NCBI GenBank assembly: GCA_041690595.1 | Contig: JAWLHB010000011.1 | Location: 1-64,000, forward strand | DNA length: 64,000 nt | Source of the DNA: Lentisphaeria bacterium | Lineage (GTDB): Bacteria; Verrucomicrobiota; Lentisphaeria; JABSQK01; JAWLHB01 | Reading direction: 5' to 3' | Shown: in pieces, positions 10,190 through 20,238 of the stretch | Position numbering within the stretch: position 1 is the first letter of the stretch | Layout of the letters: every line of letters begins with the position of its first letter | The notes under the pieces: model-generated | What the model was told of the DNA's origin: nothing | Database searches by the model: none | The model's input: the letters and a program-made list of their open reading frames with translations, nothing else | Position numbers and translations under genes: made by a program

Positions 10190-11142
10190 GCCTTCGCCGT
10201 GCGACGGTCAACGTGACGGCGGAAGAAAGCGGGCGGCGGCTGGATCACTGGCTGACCGAGCGCTTCACCTATCATACCCGCTCGCAGTGGCAACAGGCCA
10301 TCCGCAACGGCCGCCTGACGGTAAACGCGAACCAGGTGAAGCCGGCCTATACTCTGCAGACCGGCGACAAGGTCGAGTATTTTCTGCCGAAGATCGTTGA
10401 ACCTCCGGTCGATACTGCCTTTACCCTGCTCCATGAAGACGACACCCTGCTGGTGGTCGACAAGCCCGGCAACCTGCCGTGTCACCCCGCGGGCAAGTAC
10501 TTCCGCCACACCCTGTGGCACCTGTTGCGCCCGCAATACGGCGACGACATCCACCCGGTCAATCGTCTCGACCGGGAAACCTCCGGCATTGTGCTGGTGG
10601 CTCGCGATGGCGCGACGGCAGGCCGACTTGGCGAGCAGTTCTCTCAACATCGCGTTCGCAAGGAGTACCTGGCCCTCGTCGAGGGCGACTTCCCTCCGGA
10701 ACTCAACGCGGTCGGCTGGCTGGGGCCCGACACCAGCAGCGCCGTCCACAAGAAGCAGCTCTTTCGTGAAACGCCTCCCGATGAAGCGAATGCAAGAAGC
10801 CAGTTCATTCTCGTCGACAAGGCCGGCGGCCTCAGCCTCGTGCGCTGCATACCGCATACCGGGCGGCTGCACCAACTCCGCGCCTCCCTCCTCGGCCTGG
10901 GCTATCCGCTGGTGGGAGATAAGCTCTATGGTTATGACGAACGCTGCTTCCTCGACTTCATCGCCGGCGATCTCACCGAAACGCAGTATTGTCGCCTGCG
11001 CATGGAGCGGCAGGCACTGCATGCGGACCGGCTCGATTTCACCCATCCCCAAACCGGACAGCGCATGACCATGCGCGCACCCATGCCGGCGGATTTCTCC
11101 CACTGCCTCTTGACCCATGGATTCGGCGGGCGATATTCGTAA
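10186..11142 (+). CDS. RluA/RluD-family RNA pseudouridine synthase (S4 + catalytic domain)
   Basis: RRLDHWL S4 domain, VVDKPGNLPCHP, NRLDRETSG (catalytic Asp), TGRLHQLR and GDKLYG. Confidence 0.95.
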   Translation: MSLRRATVNVTAEESGRRLDHWLTERFTYHTRSQWQQAIRNGRLTVNANQVKPAYTLQTGDKVEYFLPKIVEPPVDTAFTLLHEDDTLLVVDKPGNLPCHPAGKYFRHTLWHLLRPQYGDDIHPVNRLDRETSGIVLVARDGATAGRLGEQFSQHRVRKEYLALVEGDFPPELNAVGWLGPDTSSAVHKKQLFRETPPDEANARSQFILVDKAGGLSLVRCIPHTGRLHQLRASLLGLGYPLVGDKLYGYDERCFLDFIAGDLTETQYCRLRMERQALHADRLDFTHPQTGQRMTMRAPMPADFSHCLLTHGFGGRYS

Positions 11143-11188
11143 GCCCGTGGTGGGACACCGTTTACCCTGACAAGATAAGGCAACGTCA

Positions 11189-12445
11189 ATGGATATTGTG
11201 CTGATCTATGGTACCGGGCCGTTCTATGTAACGTGCGCCTTTGCCTTTGTCGTGGGCGCCTGCATCGGCAGCTTCCTGAATGTAGTGATCTGGCGCGTGC
11301 CCCAGGGCGAATCCATTGTCACCGCCCCCTCTCATTGTCCCGCCTGTGGGCATGGCATCCGCTGGTACGAGAATGTGCCCATCTTCGGCTGGATCTGGCT
11401 GCGAGGCAAGTGCAGCCGATGCCACGTTCGGATCTCCGTCCGCTATCCCGTTGTCGAGTCGCTGACCGCGCTGCTCTTTCTGGCGGCCTGGGTATACGGT
11501 TGGCAGGAGGCAAAACCACCCGCGATGATCTTTGCCTGGCTGGTCATCATCTCCCTCCTGATTGCCATCACCTATATCGATCTCGATCACATGATCATTC
11601 CCGATGGGCTGAACCTGACCGGCATCGTTGCCGCATTTGGCTTTGCCCTGGTATGGCCGGCCTCCCACGACATTGTCGGTGCGCCCTATCACCTGATGAG
11701 TCTGCGCCATCGCCCGATGCTCTATGTCTTCGCTGAGGTCATCGTGCGCTGGTGGGACGGCTTCTTGGCTTCCGCGCGAGCCGTCGCTCTGCTCGACCTC
11801 ATGCTGGGAATGGCCCTCGGGGGTGGCTCTCTCTGGCTGCTCGTCGAGGTTGGAAAGCTCCTTTTCGGCCGCCGTCGCATGCGGACGCGTGAGCCTGTGC
11901 TGATGACCATGAACCATCAGGGCTTCGAGACCGAGGAGCATGACTTCGAGCTATGGGAAGATGTCTTCATGCGCGACCGCGATCGACTGCGCATCAAGGG
12001 CCAGATAGTTGGGCTCGAACTGCTGAAGAAGCGTGAGGCGCCTTTTCAGGAGATATTGACTGGCGGCCACGAGGTGGCGATCGTGGTGGATGAAGAGGCC
12101 GTACAGATCGGCGAGGAACGTCTGCCACTGGCCGATATGGCCACCTTGACGATTCGCACCAGGGAATGGGTGGAGCCGCGCGAGGTGATGGGCTTTGGCG
12201 ATGTCAAGCTAATGGCTATGCTTGGCGCCTTCCTGGGACCGGGGGCCGCGCTCTTCATCCTCGCCGTATCCTCGCTGGTGGGGACTGTCGGCGGCCTTCT
12301 TCTGATGCTCTTCTCCGGCGTCAAGCTCTACTCGAAGATCCCCTATGGGCCCTATATTGCCGCCGCCGCCCTCATCTATATCTTCTTCGGCAATGCTGTC
12401 TTCGACTGGTACGCGCGCCTCCTGCAGGCATTCATGCAGATGTAA
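11189..12445 (+). CDS. pilD: Prepilin peptidase/N-methyltransferase (A24)
   Basis: IGSFLNVVIWRVP, SHCPAC, GKCSRC, YIDLDHMIIPD, MGFGDVKL and IPYGPYIA. Carries a ~100 aa insertion before the second Asp motif. Confidence 0.93.
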   Translation: MDIVLIYGTGPFYVTCAFAFVVGACIGSFLNVVIWRVPQGESIVTAPSHCPACGHGIRWYENVPIFGWIWLRGKCSRCHVRISVRYPVVESLTALLFLAAWVYGWQEAKPPAMIFAWLVIISLLIAITYIDLDHMIIPDGLNLTGIVAAFGFALVWPASHDIVGAPYHLMSLRHRPMLYVFAEVIVRWWDGFLASARAVALLDLMLGMALGGGSLWLLVEVGKLLFGRRRMRTREPVLMTMNHQGFETEEHDFELWEDVFMRDRDRLRIKGQIVGLELLKKREAPFQEILTGGHEVAIVVDEEAVQIGEERLPLADMATLTIRTREWVEPREVMGFGDVKLMAMLGAFLGPGAALFILAVSSLVGTVGGLLLMLFSGVKLYSKIPYGPYIAAAALIYIFFGNAVFDWYARLLQAFMQM

Positions 12446-12481
12446 TCCGCGGAATAGGCGGATTTTCTATGCTGGTTGCAT

Positions 12482-12510
12482 TTGAACCCGCTATACTTCT
12501 CTCGTATAGT
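12482..12510 (+). promoter_or_regulatory. Putative sigma70 promoter
   Basis: TTGAAC-17 bp-TATAGT, downstream of a short hairpin (AATCCGC/GCGGATT, 12444-12464) that follows pilD. Confidence 0.5.
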
Positions 12511-12569
12511 TACGTACCAGCCTACTGGTGGAGGCGTGTGTACCAGTTCTCTAACGGAGGAAAGAACCG

Positions 12570-13895
12570 ATGGCACTGATCAATAGAATACTGAATGCCC
12601 TGATCTTGGTCTTGGCGTTGGTCGCCCTTGTGTTTGGCGTCATGCTGTACCAGAAGCGCCAGAACCTGCGCGCCCATAGTGATGAACTCGCGCAAGGCGT
12701 CGAGAAGATTGTCAAGCGCCTTGCCCCTGGCAGCGAACTTGCCAAGCGCGCCACCTATGACGATGGGAAAGGCAACCTCGGATTCGACAATGTCGAAAAC
12801 CTCAACACGATTACCGCGGACATCGAGAAGCACGCGGAAGCCGTCGTCGCTCAGCGTGATACCCTGGGCCAAACCGTCGCCTCACTCGCCAATGAATTTG
12901 ACATGATGGCCGAACCGGTTCAGCCGGAGACTCTGGTTAATCTCGATACCTACGCCGAGAAAACCCAGGAAATCAGTGCCAGTGTCGAGGCCGTCAAGGC
13001 TCGCAACCTGGCGATGGCCGCCAAGCTGACCGAGCTGGGACGTGATCTGGGCGTTGAGGTTCAGGCCGCCGAACTCGTCTCTACCGATCCAGCCGTCTAT
13101 AATGCCGCCCTGAATCGTCTCGGCGACAAGTTGAACGAGCTGAACCAGATCAATGACCAGTATTCGACCGCCATCACCACCGTCGTGGACAAGCTGGGTG
13201 CCGAGCGCATGGAAGTACAGGCCAGCCAGTTCAAGGACCCAAAGCAGGCTGAGCAGGCGCTGACCACCTTCGCCAATAACCTCGAGAAGATCCGCACTTC
13301 CCTTGACTCCGTGGATGTCATGGAAGGCCGCATCGACTCTCTGGAAACCGAGCGCGACAGGTTGGCCGATTCCCTGGGCATCTCCAAGGAAAACGTCATC
13401 CGCCTCACCAATCGCGTCGAACAGCTCGAACTACAGAATGCCGACCTGCTTACACAGAAGCCTGATAATACGGCCCCGGTGGAGTCGCAACCAAGAACCG
13501 AGATCCTCGAAGGACGTATCGTCGATGTCAACTATGACTGGGGCTACGTGGTCATCAATATCGGTCAGAGCGACAACCTCACCAACAATATCTCCATGAC
13601 GGTTGGCCGTGACCGCGAATACATCGGCAACGTTCTGGTCACCAAGGTCTTCAATGACTACGCGGTGGCGGAAATCGTCCCCGAAATGCAGCAGGGCATG
13701 GTTCTGGAAGGCGACAATGTCTATTGGCTGGGTGAAGAAGCCGCATTGAGCACACCTCCTGTTGGCGGCAGCGTCACCCCTCGCCCGGATGAGGAGAACG
13801 GCATGCTCTCCGCCCCCCCGACCGAAGGTGATGAGCCAAGTGAAGATACTGGCACCGGCGGTTCTGCCCCGATCAATCTTGATTTCGGATTCTGA
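12570..13895 (+). CDS. Membrane-anchored coiled-coil protein with C-terminal beta domain
   Basis: N-terminal TM helix, long heptad region, C-terminal GRIVDVNYDWGYVVINIG...VGRDREYIG domain. Strong GGAGG RBS. Confidence 0.8.
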   Translation: MALINRILNALILVLALVALVFGVMLYQKRQNLRAHSDELAQGVEKIVKRLAPGSELAKRATYDDGKGNLGFDNVENLNTITADIEKHAEAVVAQRDTLGQTVASLANEFDMMAEPVQPETLVNLDTYAEKTQEISASVEAVKARNLAMAAKLTELGRDLGVEVQAAELVSTDPAVYNAALNRLGDKLNELNQINDQYSTAITTVVDKLGAERMEVQASQFKDPKQAEQALTTFANNLEKIRTSLDSVDVMEGRIDSLETERDRLADSLGISKENVIRLTNRVEQLELQNADLLTQKPDNTAPVESQPRTEILEGRIVDVNYDWGYVVINIGQSDNLTNNISMTVGRDREYIGNVLVTKVFNDYAVAEIVPEMQQGMVLEGDNVYWLGEEAALSTPPVGGSVTPRPDEENGMLSAPPTEGDEPSEDTGTGGSAPINLDFGF

Positions 13896-13915
13896 AGTAG
13901 AAGAGGAGCCACTCC

Positions 13916-14041
13916 ATGTTGTCATCCAAAGCCACCTTCATGATCAATCTCGTCAGCCTGCTCTTCTTCCTCGCGGTCATCGCACTGCAGATGCTGGAAG
14001 TGCAGAAGTACACCGGCAGTTACTTCGGTTTCTTTCAATGA
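13916..14041 (+). CDS. Small single-pass membrane protein (41 aa; below the ORF-track cutoff)
   Basis: GAGGAG RBS then MLSSKATFMINLVSLLFFLAVIALQMLEVQKYTGSYFGFFQ*. Fills the gap after the coiled-coil gene. Confidence 0.7.
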   Translation: MLSSKATFMINLVSLLFFLAVIALQMLEVQKYTGSYFGFFQ

Positions 14042-14048
14042 GGTTGAC

Positions 14049-14216
14049 TTGAAAACACTCAGGTCGCTCCTCATTATCCTGATCCTCGCTGCTGCCGGAC
14101 TGATCTCCGGTTGCCAGGTTATCGATCAGAGCCGCGTGCAGAATGACGGGGAAGATCGGATGCCTTGGAACAAACGCGCTGGTTGGGAAGATTCCACGAT
14201 CGGCGTTCCGTTCTGA
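14049..14216 (+). CDS. Small lipoprotein (55 aa; below the ORF-track cutoff)
   Basis: TTG start after GAGG. MKTLRSLLIILILAAAGLISG-C lipobox, then QVIDQSRVQNDGEDRMPWNKRAGWEDSTIGVPF*. Confidence 0.72.
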   Translation: MKTLRSLLIILILAAAGLISGCQVIDQSRVQNDGEDRMPWNKRAGWEDSTIGVPF

Positions 14217-14947
14217 GGGTGCCCTCCGTGCCTGCCATAGATTCCAAAGATGGCGCAACGGTACCTCGTTGCCTTGTCTGGTCGGATGCTGAAGGTTGCC
14301 CCCCCTTCAACATGGCCGCGGATGAAGTGATCCTCGGCCATGTCAGCCGGCTCGATGCGGTGCTGCGCTTCTACGGCTGGAGCGAACCTGCCGTCACTAT
14401 TGGTTACTTTCAGCCCTTTACCACGGCCCCACAGCAACTGGGCAGGGTGATCCGTCGGCTCACGGGCGGTGGCGTGGTGCGGCATACGCATGATGTCACC
14501 TTCAGTATCACTGTCGGGAGGAATCACCCCCTCTTTCAAGTCGATCGTTTCAGCAGCTATCGACTGGTGAACGAGGCGGTACTGGATGCGGTGGAGGAAC
14601 TGGGCGTGGACGCATGGCTGACCCAGCATGCCACCGAGGTGGAGGATCGCCGCCACCTCGTCTGCTTTGATTCTCCCGCGCGCTACGATGTGGTGGCCGC
14701 CGGTGGCAAGGTCTGTGGCGGTGCACAACGCCGTAGCGCCGACGGCATGCTGGTGCAGTCAAGCATTGACCGCGACCAACTGCCGGACATGTCCAGAGCC
14801 GATATCGTGGCGGCGCTGACCCGCCGGCTCGCGCCGATCCTGGGTGACGACGTCCAGCCATGGCTGCCGGACCCCGCGCTCATCGACGAGTCGCAGGCCC
14901 TGGCCGACAGCAAGTATGACACCGTCGCCTGGAATCGGCGTCGCTGA
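14165..14947 (+). CDS. Lipoate-protein ligase A/octanoyltransferase (LipM-like); true start probably GTG near 14219-14228
   Basis: NMAADEVIL, LRFYGWSEPAVTIGYFQ, RRLTGGGVVRH and KVCGGAQRR. Confidence 0.88.
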   Translation: MEQTRWLGRFHDRRSVLRVPSVPAIDSKDGATVPRCLVWSDAEGCPPFNMAADEVILGHVSRLDAVLRFYGWSEPAVTIGYFQPFTTAPQQLGRVIRRLTGGGVVRHTHDVTFSITVGRNHPLFQVDRFSSYRLVNEAVLDAVEELGVDAWLTQHATEVEDRRHLVCFDSPARYDVVAAGGKVCGGAQRRSADGMLVQSSIDRDQLPDMSRADIVAALTRRLAPILGDDVQPWLPDPALIDESQALADSKYDTVAWNRRR

Positions 14948-15667
14948 TCATTTGCCGTACGAGATGCCAAGGCTGACAAAGAACCACGGCTCGAGCATCT
15001 GCCACCAGCCGACCAGGGGGGGGATGTGGCTGTAGGATTGTCCGCGCGGCGGATAAATCATGCTGCAGGGGACTTCCGCGATCCGATACCCCAGCTTGAT
15101 GGCCTTGGCGTACAGAAAGTATTCGAACTGATAGCGGTCGAGTCCGTCGCGGTCCCAGGCGATTCGCTCATCCTGCAGCAGCGTGGTCCGGTAGGCGCGC
15201 AGCCCACAGGTTGCGTCCGTGATCCTGCGCCCCATGAAGAGGCGCACCACATTGTTGACGACAAGCGGAATGGCGTACTTGCGAAAGGCCGGCAGATTGG
15301 GCGACTCTCCTCCCTCAAGGTAGCGGCTGCCGGTCACATAGTCTGCATGGCCGTCCTCGATGGGGGCGCGAACCGCGGCCAACTCCGAAGGCTTCATCTT
15401 GCCATTTCCAGCCATGTTGCAGCAGATGTCGTAACCCTCATCCAGCGCGATTCTGGCCCCAAGGCGCAAGGCCGACCCGATGCCCGAATTGACCTCCTGC
15501 CGGATGCAACGGTAGCCGCTGGCGGCGATCAAGTCGCTGGAGCCATCCGTCGAGCCGTTGTCCACGATAAGCAACTCATCGGTGGACAGGTGAGCGCGGC
15601 AACTCTCCAGCACCTTTGGGAACTGGGTCACCTGATTGTACACCGGCATGACGCAGAGAGATTTCAT
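14948..15667 (-). CDS. GT2 glycosyltransferase, polyprenol-phosphate glycosyltransferase-like (DPM1/ArnC type)
   Basis: VMPVYNQ, IVDNGSTDGS, ADYVTGSRY, ITDATCGLRAY and YRIAEVP. Confidence 0.9.
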   Translation of the reverse strand: MKSLCVMPVYNQVTQFPKVLESCRAHLSTDELLIVDNGSTDGSSDLIAASGYRCIRQEVNSGIGSALRLGARIALDEGYDICCNMAGNGKMKPSELAAVRAPIEDGHADYVTGSRYLEGGESPNLPAFRKYAIPLVVNNVVRLFMGRRITDATCGLRAYRTTLLQDERIAWDRDGLDRYQFEYFLYAKAIKLGYRIAEVPCSMIYPPRGQSYSHIPPLVGWWQMLEPWFFVSLGISYGK

Positions 15668-15691
15668 CGGCAGGCGGATTGCTCCGGATAA

Positions 15692-17581
15692 TCAGTTTTC
15701 GGAAGGGGAGTGAGGGTTGAATGTAGTCTCCGCGGGCGGCTCTGTCACCCCGGATTCAGGAGGAATATCGGCGCGACGTCTCCCGATCAGGATGCCGAAG
15801 CTCTCCGAGGAGAGAGGCATGGCGCCGATTCGGTGGATGTACTCGTAGTGCCGGGCAAGGTGCCCCGCGGTCTCCCGCGCATAATCCCTGCCGAAAAATC
15901 GCGCCCCCTCTTCGCTCATATCACGGTGCACGATGACGAGCCACTCGGGCTGCACGTCGGCAATCCGGGCCAGGAGAGCCTCCTCCCTGTAGAGCTGGTA
16001 GATCCATGGAATAAGCGCCACTACGGGCATGTCGGCCGGCGTCTGCAGCAGGTAGTTGAGCAGAATTCCCTCTGGAACCACCAGCAGTTTGTCCCCCGGT
16101 TGGATGCGATCGCTCAAATAGCGGCGTGCCTCTTCGAACATGGCGCCCCGCGAGTCAGCAAGGAACGCATCACCGCCTGTGCCCACAACATGTCTTTTCT
16201 CCTGGTAGAAGTGATGTGTCGTCATGACGTGCGCTGCCACCAGACCAATCCAGATTCCGCCCGCCAGTGCGCGGCAGAAGGTGCGCTGAAATGCCAATGG
16301 CAGGCGGCGGGGCAGCCACCAGAAGACTAGGGCAACGATGATCTGCGCCGCCGGCATGGCAAGCGCAAAGCCATACTGCCAGACACGAACGAAGAGAATC
16401 ATCTTCGCCAGCAGTACCAGGGAAAAGACGATGCCGGCCACCCGCAGAACCTGAACCTCCGGAGGCGACTGGTCATGACGCTGGCGCCAGACGCCCAGTG
16501 CGACGCCAGTCAAGGTGGCAAGGAGAAGGATCTGCCACGGGCGGGCATAATCGAGGAGGAAGAGCGGCGTCCCTCGCACCAGCACCACCGTCAGCACAGC
16601 TCCAACCAGCATGGCTGCCGCTCGCACGGGAAATGGCTCGAGCACCCGTTTCGGCAGGTAGCGGCAGATGGCCCAGACTAAGCCTCCACACGCGCCGTAG
16701 CCCACCAGCCACTTGACGATGCGCCAACTGTTGCCGGGGATGTTGTCGATACCCATGAAGTAGGGATAGGCGGGAATGCTGCTGAAGCTTCCTCCGAGAA
16801 CATGAGGCCAGGTACCCGCAAGGCCGCGAAACGCATCGGGCGCCGGCAACTGCCAGAGCAGCCAGATGAGCGCAAGCAGGATAGGGCAGAGCACACCGCC
16901 CAGCCACCAGGCGCTGATGCTGAAGACCCGTCGCCGTTCCGTCCGTTTGTGCCGCATCCAGATGACCCCCATGCCGCAGCCAAAGCCGATCAGGCTGGCA
17001 AGAAAAACCTCTGCTTTGGTGAGAAAAACGAGACCGAGGCAGGCACCGCTGAGCAAATAGAGCCGGCTATTGTCTCGGGCGACCGCTCGATACAGGAGGG
17101 CCAGCCCCAGCAGTGTCAGAACAATCCCGTGCGGCAAATCGTGCGAGTAGGGGGCCATCCAGTTGGAGTTGGCTATGTATTCATATTGGCCGTATGCAAA
17201 GACTCCGACAAAGGTGAGCGCGCCGATCAGCGCGGTGAAGCCATCCGTGGCCTTGGCCTGAAGATCGTGAATGAGCAGCGCGGCTACGGTCAGGATCAGC
17301 AGGTTGAGCACGAAGAGCGCCCGGAGTGATCGGCCGAAGATCCTCAACCAGATACAGTTGAAGGTGGGTGAGAAAGGACCGTTCAGATAGTCGATTTCAC
17401 GATAGAGAGCGTCGCCCTCCACCAACCGCCACGGCACATAGATTTCCCGCCCGAAGTCGATGATGGGGTCCAGCCATCTGCCCCAACTCCACACCGCTCC
17501 AGCCGCAACCGCCAGCAGAATGACCAGCACCGGCAGCCACCGGCGATGGATAGCAGATGGTGAGGTGAATGTCGCGGACAT
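15692..17581 (-). CDS. Multi-pass GT-C-type (ArnT/PMT-like) membrane glycosyltransferase
   Basis: DFGREIYVPWRLVEGDALYREIDYLNGPFSP first loop, about 12 TM segments, C-terminal periplasmic domain. Co-oriented with the GT2 gene. Confidence 0.7.
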   Translation of the reverse strand: MSATFTSPSAIHRRWLPVLVILLAVAAGAVWSWGRWLDPIIDFGREIYVPWRLVEGDALYREIDYLNGPFSPTFNCIWLRIFGRSLRALFVLNLLILTVAALLIHDLQAKATDGFTALIGALTFVGVFAYGQYEYIANSNWMAPYSHDLPHGIVLTLLGLALLYRAVARDNSRLYLLSGACLGLVFLTKAEVFLASLIGFGCGMGVIWMRHKRTERRRVFSISAWWLGGVLCPILLALIWLLWQLPAPDAFRGLAGTWPHVLGGSFSSIPAYPYFMGIDNIPGNSWRIVKWLVGYGACGGLVWAICRYLPKRVLEPFPVRAAAMLVGAVLTVVLVRGTPLFLLDYARPWQILLLATLTGVALGVWRQRHDQSPPEVQVLRVAGIVFSLVLLAKMILFVRVWQYGFALAMPAAQIIVALVFWWLPRRLPLAFQRTFCRALAGGIWIGLVAAHVMTTHHFYQEKRHVVGTGGDAFLADSRGAMFEEARRYLSDRIQPGDKLLVVPEGILLNYLLQTPADMPVVALIPWIYQLYREEALLARIADVQPEWLVIVHRDMSEEGARFFGRDYARETAGHLARHYEYIHRIGAMPLSSESFGILIGRRRADIPPESGVTEPPAETTFNPHSPSEN

Positions 17582-17594
17582 GACGCGTCGCCGC

Positions 17595-19343
17595 TTACGT
17601 ATGCTGCGCAAGATGATGAAGAAGAAACTTCGCGGCGCCTGTCAGTGACGAGGAGGTGGACAGCACGTCCGCTTCATGGCCTTGCGTCAGGCTGGTGACG
17701 GTATAGACGGGAGCGCCGTTCACGATGCTGCCGCCAATCGCCACACTGGCGTCCAGACGGCCGATCCACTGACGGGTCTCCCGGGCGAGCGGTACATCGG
17801 GGTGCAGCAGCACGATCTGCCCATCGGCCTGCGCGTAGCGGGCCAACACATCGGCCGCTTCGCGCTGATCCGCCTCATCACCGAGCGCTTTGCTGATCAT
17901 CCGTGGCGTGATGGCAAGAACCTGGAAGCCATTGTCCCACAGCAGTTGGGTGAGACTTTCCATGGTGGACTCCGCCGGGGACGCCTCCAACTCATTCAGC
18001 CGGACGACTGCCCCGGGACGCCGCACGGTGGCCGCTGTCCGGTCGGTGTTCAACTCTCCAATAGTTGCGCTGTGTCGCGCCAGGATCATGCCGGCAGCCA
18101 GAGTGGCATTGGTGACCCGATCGATGAGGATCAGCCGCCCCGTGCTGCGATTCACCACGTAGGGGTCATAACAGACTGGTTGACGGCTCTCGATGATGAC
18201 GCGCCCGATCGCGTTGAGACCCAGCTCTTCGTCATGCTCGCGGTGAAGCGTGTTGACGTTGAGCCGGTAAAGCAGCTTCTCCACCGTGACTGGAATCTGC
18301 CGCGGGCCGAACTTCATAAGGTACGGGTGATTGAGCCGAAGCGGTTGGTCACTCATCCAGACCAGCATCACTTCCAACTCGCGGCTGATAATCGGTTGAT
18401 TGTTCACATGGACGATCAGGTCGCCGCGGCTGACGTCGATATCGTCTTCGAGTGTCATGGTGACGGCGAGGGGCGCGGGCGCCTCTTCCAACTCCCCATC
18501 GAAGGTGACGATCGAGGCGATGCGACTGCGGCGGCCACTGGGCAGTGCGACCACCTCGGCCCCTTTGCGCAGAATGCCGGAGACGATGGTGCCCGCATAG
18601 CCGCGGAAAGTGTGCGACGGGCGGATCACGTGCTGCACCGGGAAACGGAGATCGATGAGGTTCCGGTCGCTGGCAATATGAACCGACTCCAGATAGTCGA
18701 GCAGCGAGCCACCGTGGTACCACGGCATGTCGGCACTCGGGTTGACGACATTGTCGCCCCGCAACGCCGATATGGGAATAAAGTGAATGTCGGTCGCTTC
18801 CAGCTTGGCGGCGAAATCGCTGTATTGCTTGCGAATGCGCTCGAAGACCTCTTCACTGTAGTCGACTGCATCCATCTTGTTGATGGCTACCACCAGATGC
18901 CGTATGCCAAGCAGGGTGGCAATGAAGCTATGCCGGCAGGTCTGAGGCAGGACTCCGTGACGGGCGTCGATCAGGATGATGGCAAGATCGCAGGTGCTGG
19001 CGCCGGTGGCCATGTTGCGGGTATACTGCTCATGACCCGGCGTATCGGCAATGATGAATTTGCGCTTGGCCGTCGAAAAAAAGCGGTAGGCGACGTCGAT
19101 GGTGATGCCCTGCTCCCGCTCCGCCCGTAAACCGTCCATGAGCAGCGCCAGATCGATGGTGCCCGTCGTCCCGTAGCGCTCGGAATCGCGGGTCAGGGAG
19201 TCGAGCTGATCGGCAAAGAGCTGGCGACTGTCGTGGAGAAGCCGACCGATCAGGGTCGACTTGCCGTCATCGACGCTTCCGGCCGTCAGCAGCCGGAGCA
19301 GATCCTTGCGTTCATTTGCGGCCAGAAGGGCGGGGACATTCAT
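17595..19343 (-). CDS. cysN: Sulfate adenylyltransferase subunit 1 with C-terminal extension
   Basis: GSVDDGKSTLIGRLL, REQGITIDVAYRFF, DTPGHEQYTRNM and NKMD. ATG at 19343 immediately follows the cysD stop. Confidence 0.96.
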   Translation of the reverse strand: MNVPALLAANERKDLLRLLTAGSVDDGKSTLIGRLLHDSRQLFADQLDSLTRDSERYGTTGTIDLALLMDGLRAEREQGITIDVAYRFFSTAKRKFIIADTPGHEQYTRNMATGASTCDLAIILIDARHGVLPQTCRHSFIATLLGIRHLVVAINKMDAVDYSEEVFERIRKQYSDFAAKLEATDIHFIPISALRGDNVVNPSADMPWYHGGSLLDYLESVHIASDRNLIDLRFPVQHVIRPSHTFRGYAGTIVSGILRKGAEVVALPSGRRSRIASIVTFDGELEEAPAPLAVTMTLEDDIDVSRGDLIVHVNNQPIISRELEVMLVWMSDQPLRLNHPYLMKFGPRQIPVTVEKLLYRLNVNTLHREHDEELGLNAIGRVIIESRQPVCYDPYVVNRSTGRLILIDRVTNATLAAGMILARHSATIGELNTDRTAATVRRPGAVVRLNELEASPAESTMESLTQLLWDNGFQVLAITPRMISKALGDEADQREAADVLARYAQADGQIVLLHPDVPLARETRQWIGRLDASVAIGGSIVNGAPVYTVTSLTQGHEADVLSTSSSLTGAAKFLLHHLAQHT

Positions 19344-19344
19344 G

Positions 19345-20238
19345 TCAGAAATAGCCTTCCCGTTTCTTGCGTTCCATGCTCGAATCCTGATCGTGATCGA
19401 TGGCGCGGCCTTGGCGTTCCGACTGCGTGGCCTCGATGACCTCGCCGATAATGGCGTCGAGCGTGGTGGCCTCCGAGCGGATGGCGCCGGTGCATGGCAC
19501 ACAGCCCAGAGTCCGGAAACGAACCATGGCTTTGAAGGGCGTTTCGCCGGCGCGCGGCTGAAAGCGATCGTCGTGCATGATGAGCATGCCGTTGCGTTCA
19601 ATGACCTCGCGCTCTCGTGCGAAGTAGAGGGGGACAATCGGGATGGACTCGAGCCGGATGTAGGTCCACACGTCCAGCTCCGTCCAGTTCGACAGCGGGA
19701 ATACCCGGATCGATTCGCCCTGATTCACGCGGCAGTTGTAGAGATCCCACAGCTCCGGCCGCTGCGTCCGTGGATCCCATTGACCATGAATGTCGCGGAA
19801 GGACAGAATGCGTTCTTTGGCCCGTGACTTTTCCTCGTCGCGGCGAGCACCGCCAAAGGCAGCGTCGAACTTGCCATGAGCGAGGGCGTCCAGAAGCGCC
19901 TGAGTCTTGAGAAGGTTGCAGCAGCTGCGGGTCCCGTAGCTTGCCGGCTCGCATCCACCGTCCAGCGCAGCCTGATTCGTATGCACGATCAGGTTGAGCC
20001 CCAGCTCATTGGCAATGCGATCGCGAAACTCGACCATCTCATGGAATTTGTAGGAGGTGTCGATATGAAGGAGCGGAAAGGGGATGGGGCCCGGATAGAA
20101 GGCCTTCTGCGCCAGGCGGAGCAGGACGGAAGAATCCTTGCCGATGGAATAGAGCATCACCGGCCGTTCGAACTCCGCCGCCACTTCCCGGAAGATGTGG
20201 ATGCTCTCCGCTTCCAGCAGGCGCAGGTGCGACATCAT
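19345..20238 (-). CDS. cysD: Sulfate adenylyltransferase subunit 2
   Basis: [37 protein letters not shown] and [11 protein letters not shown]. Confidence 0.97.
   Translation of the reverse strand: MMSHLRLLEAESIHIFREVAAEFERPVMLYSIGKDSSVLLRLAQKAFYPGPIPFPLLHIDTSYKFHEMVEFRDRIANELGLNLIVHTNQAALDGGCEPASYGTRSCCNLLKTQALLDALAHGKFDAAFGGARRDEEKSRAKERILSFRDIHGQWDPRTQRPELWDLYNCRVNQGESIRVFPLSNWTELDVWTYIRLESIPIVPLYFAREREVIERNGMLIMHDDRFQPRAGETPFKAMVRFRTLGCVPCTGAIRSEATTLDAIIGEVIEATQSERQGRAIDHDQDSSMERKKREGYF

Noticed and set aside
19343..19637. N-terminal 98 aa extension of CysN shown in the ORF track
   Set aside because: It overlaps cysD. Homology begins at MNVPALL (ATG 19343), directly after the cysD stop.
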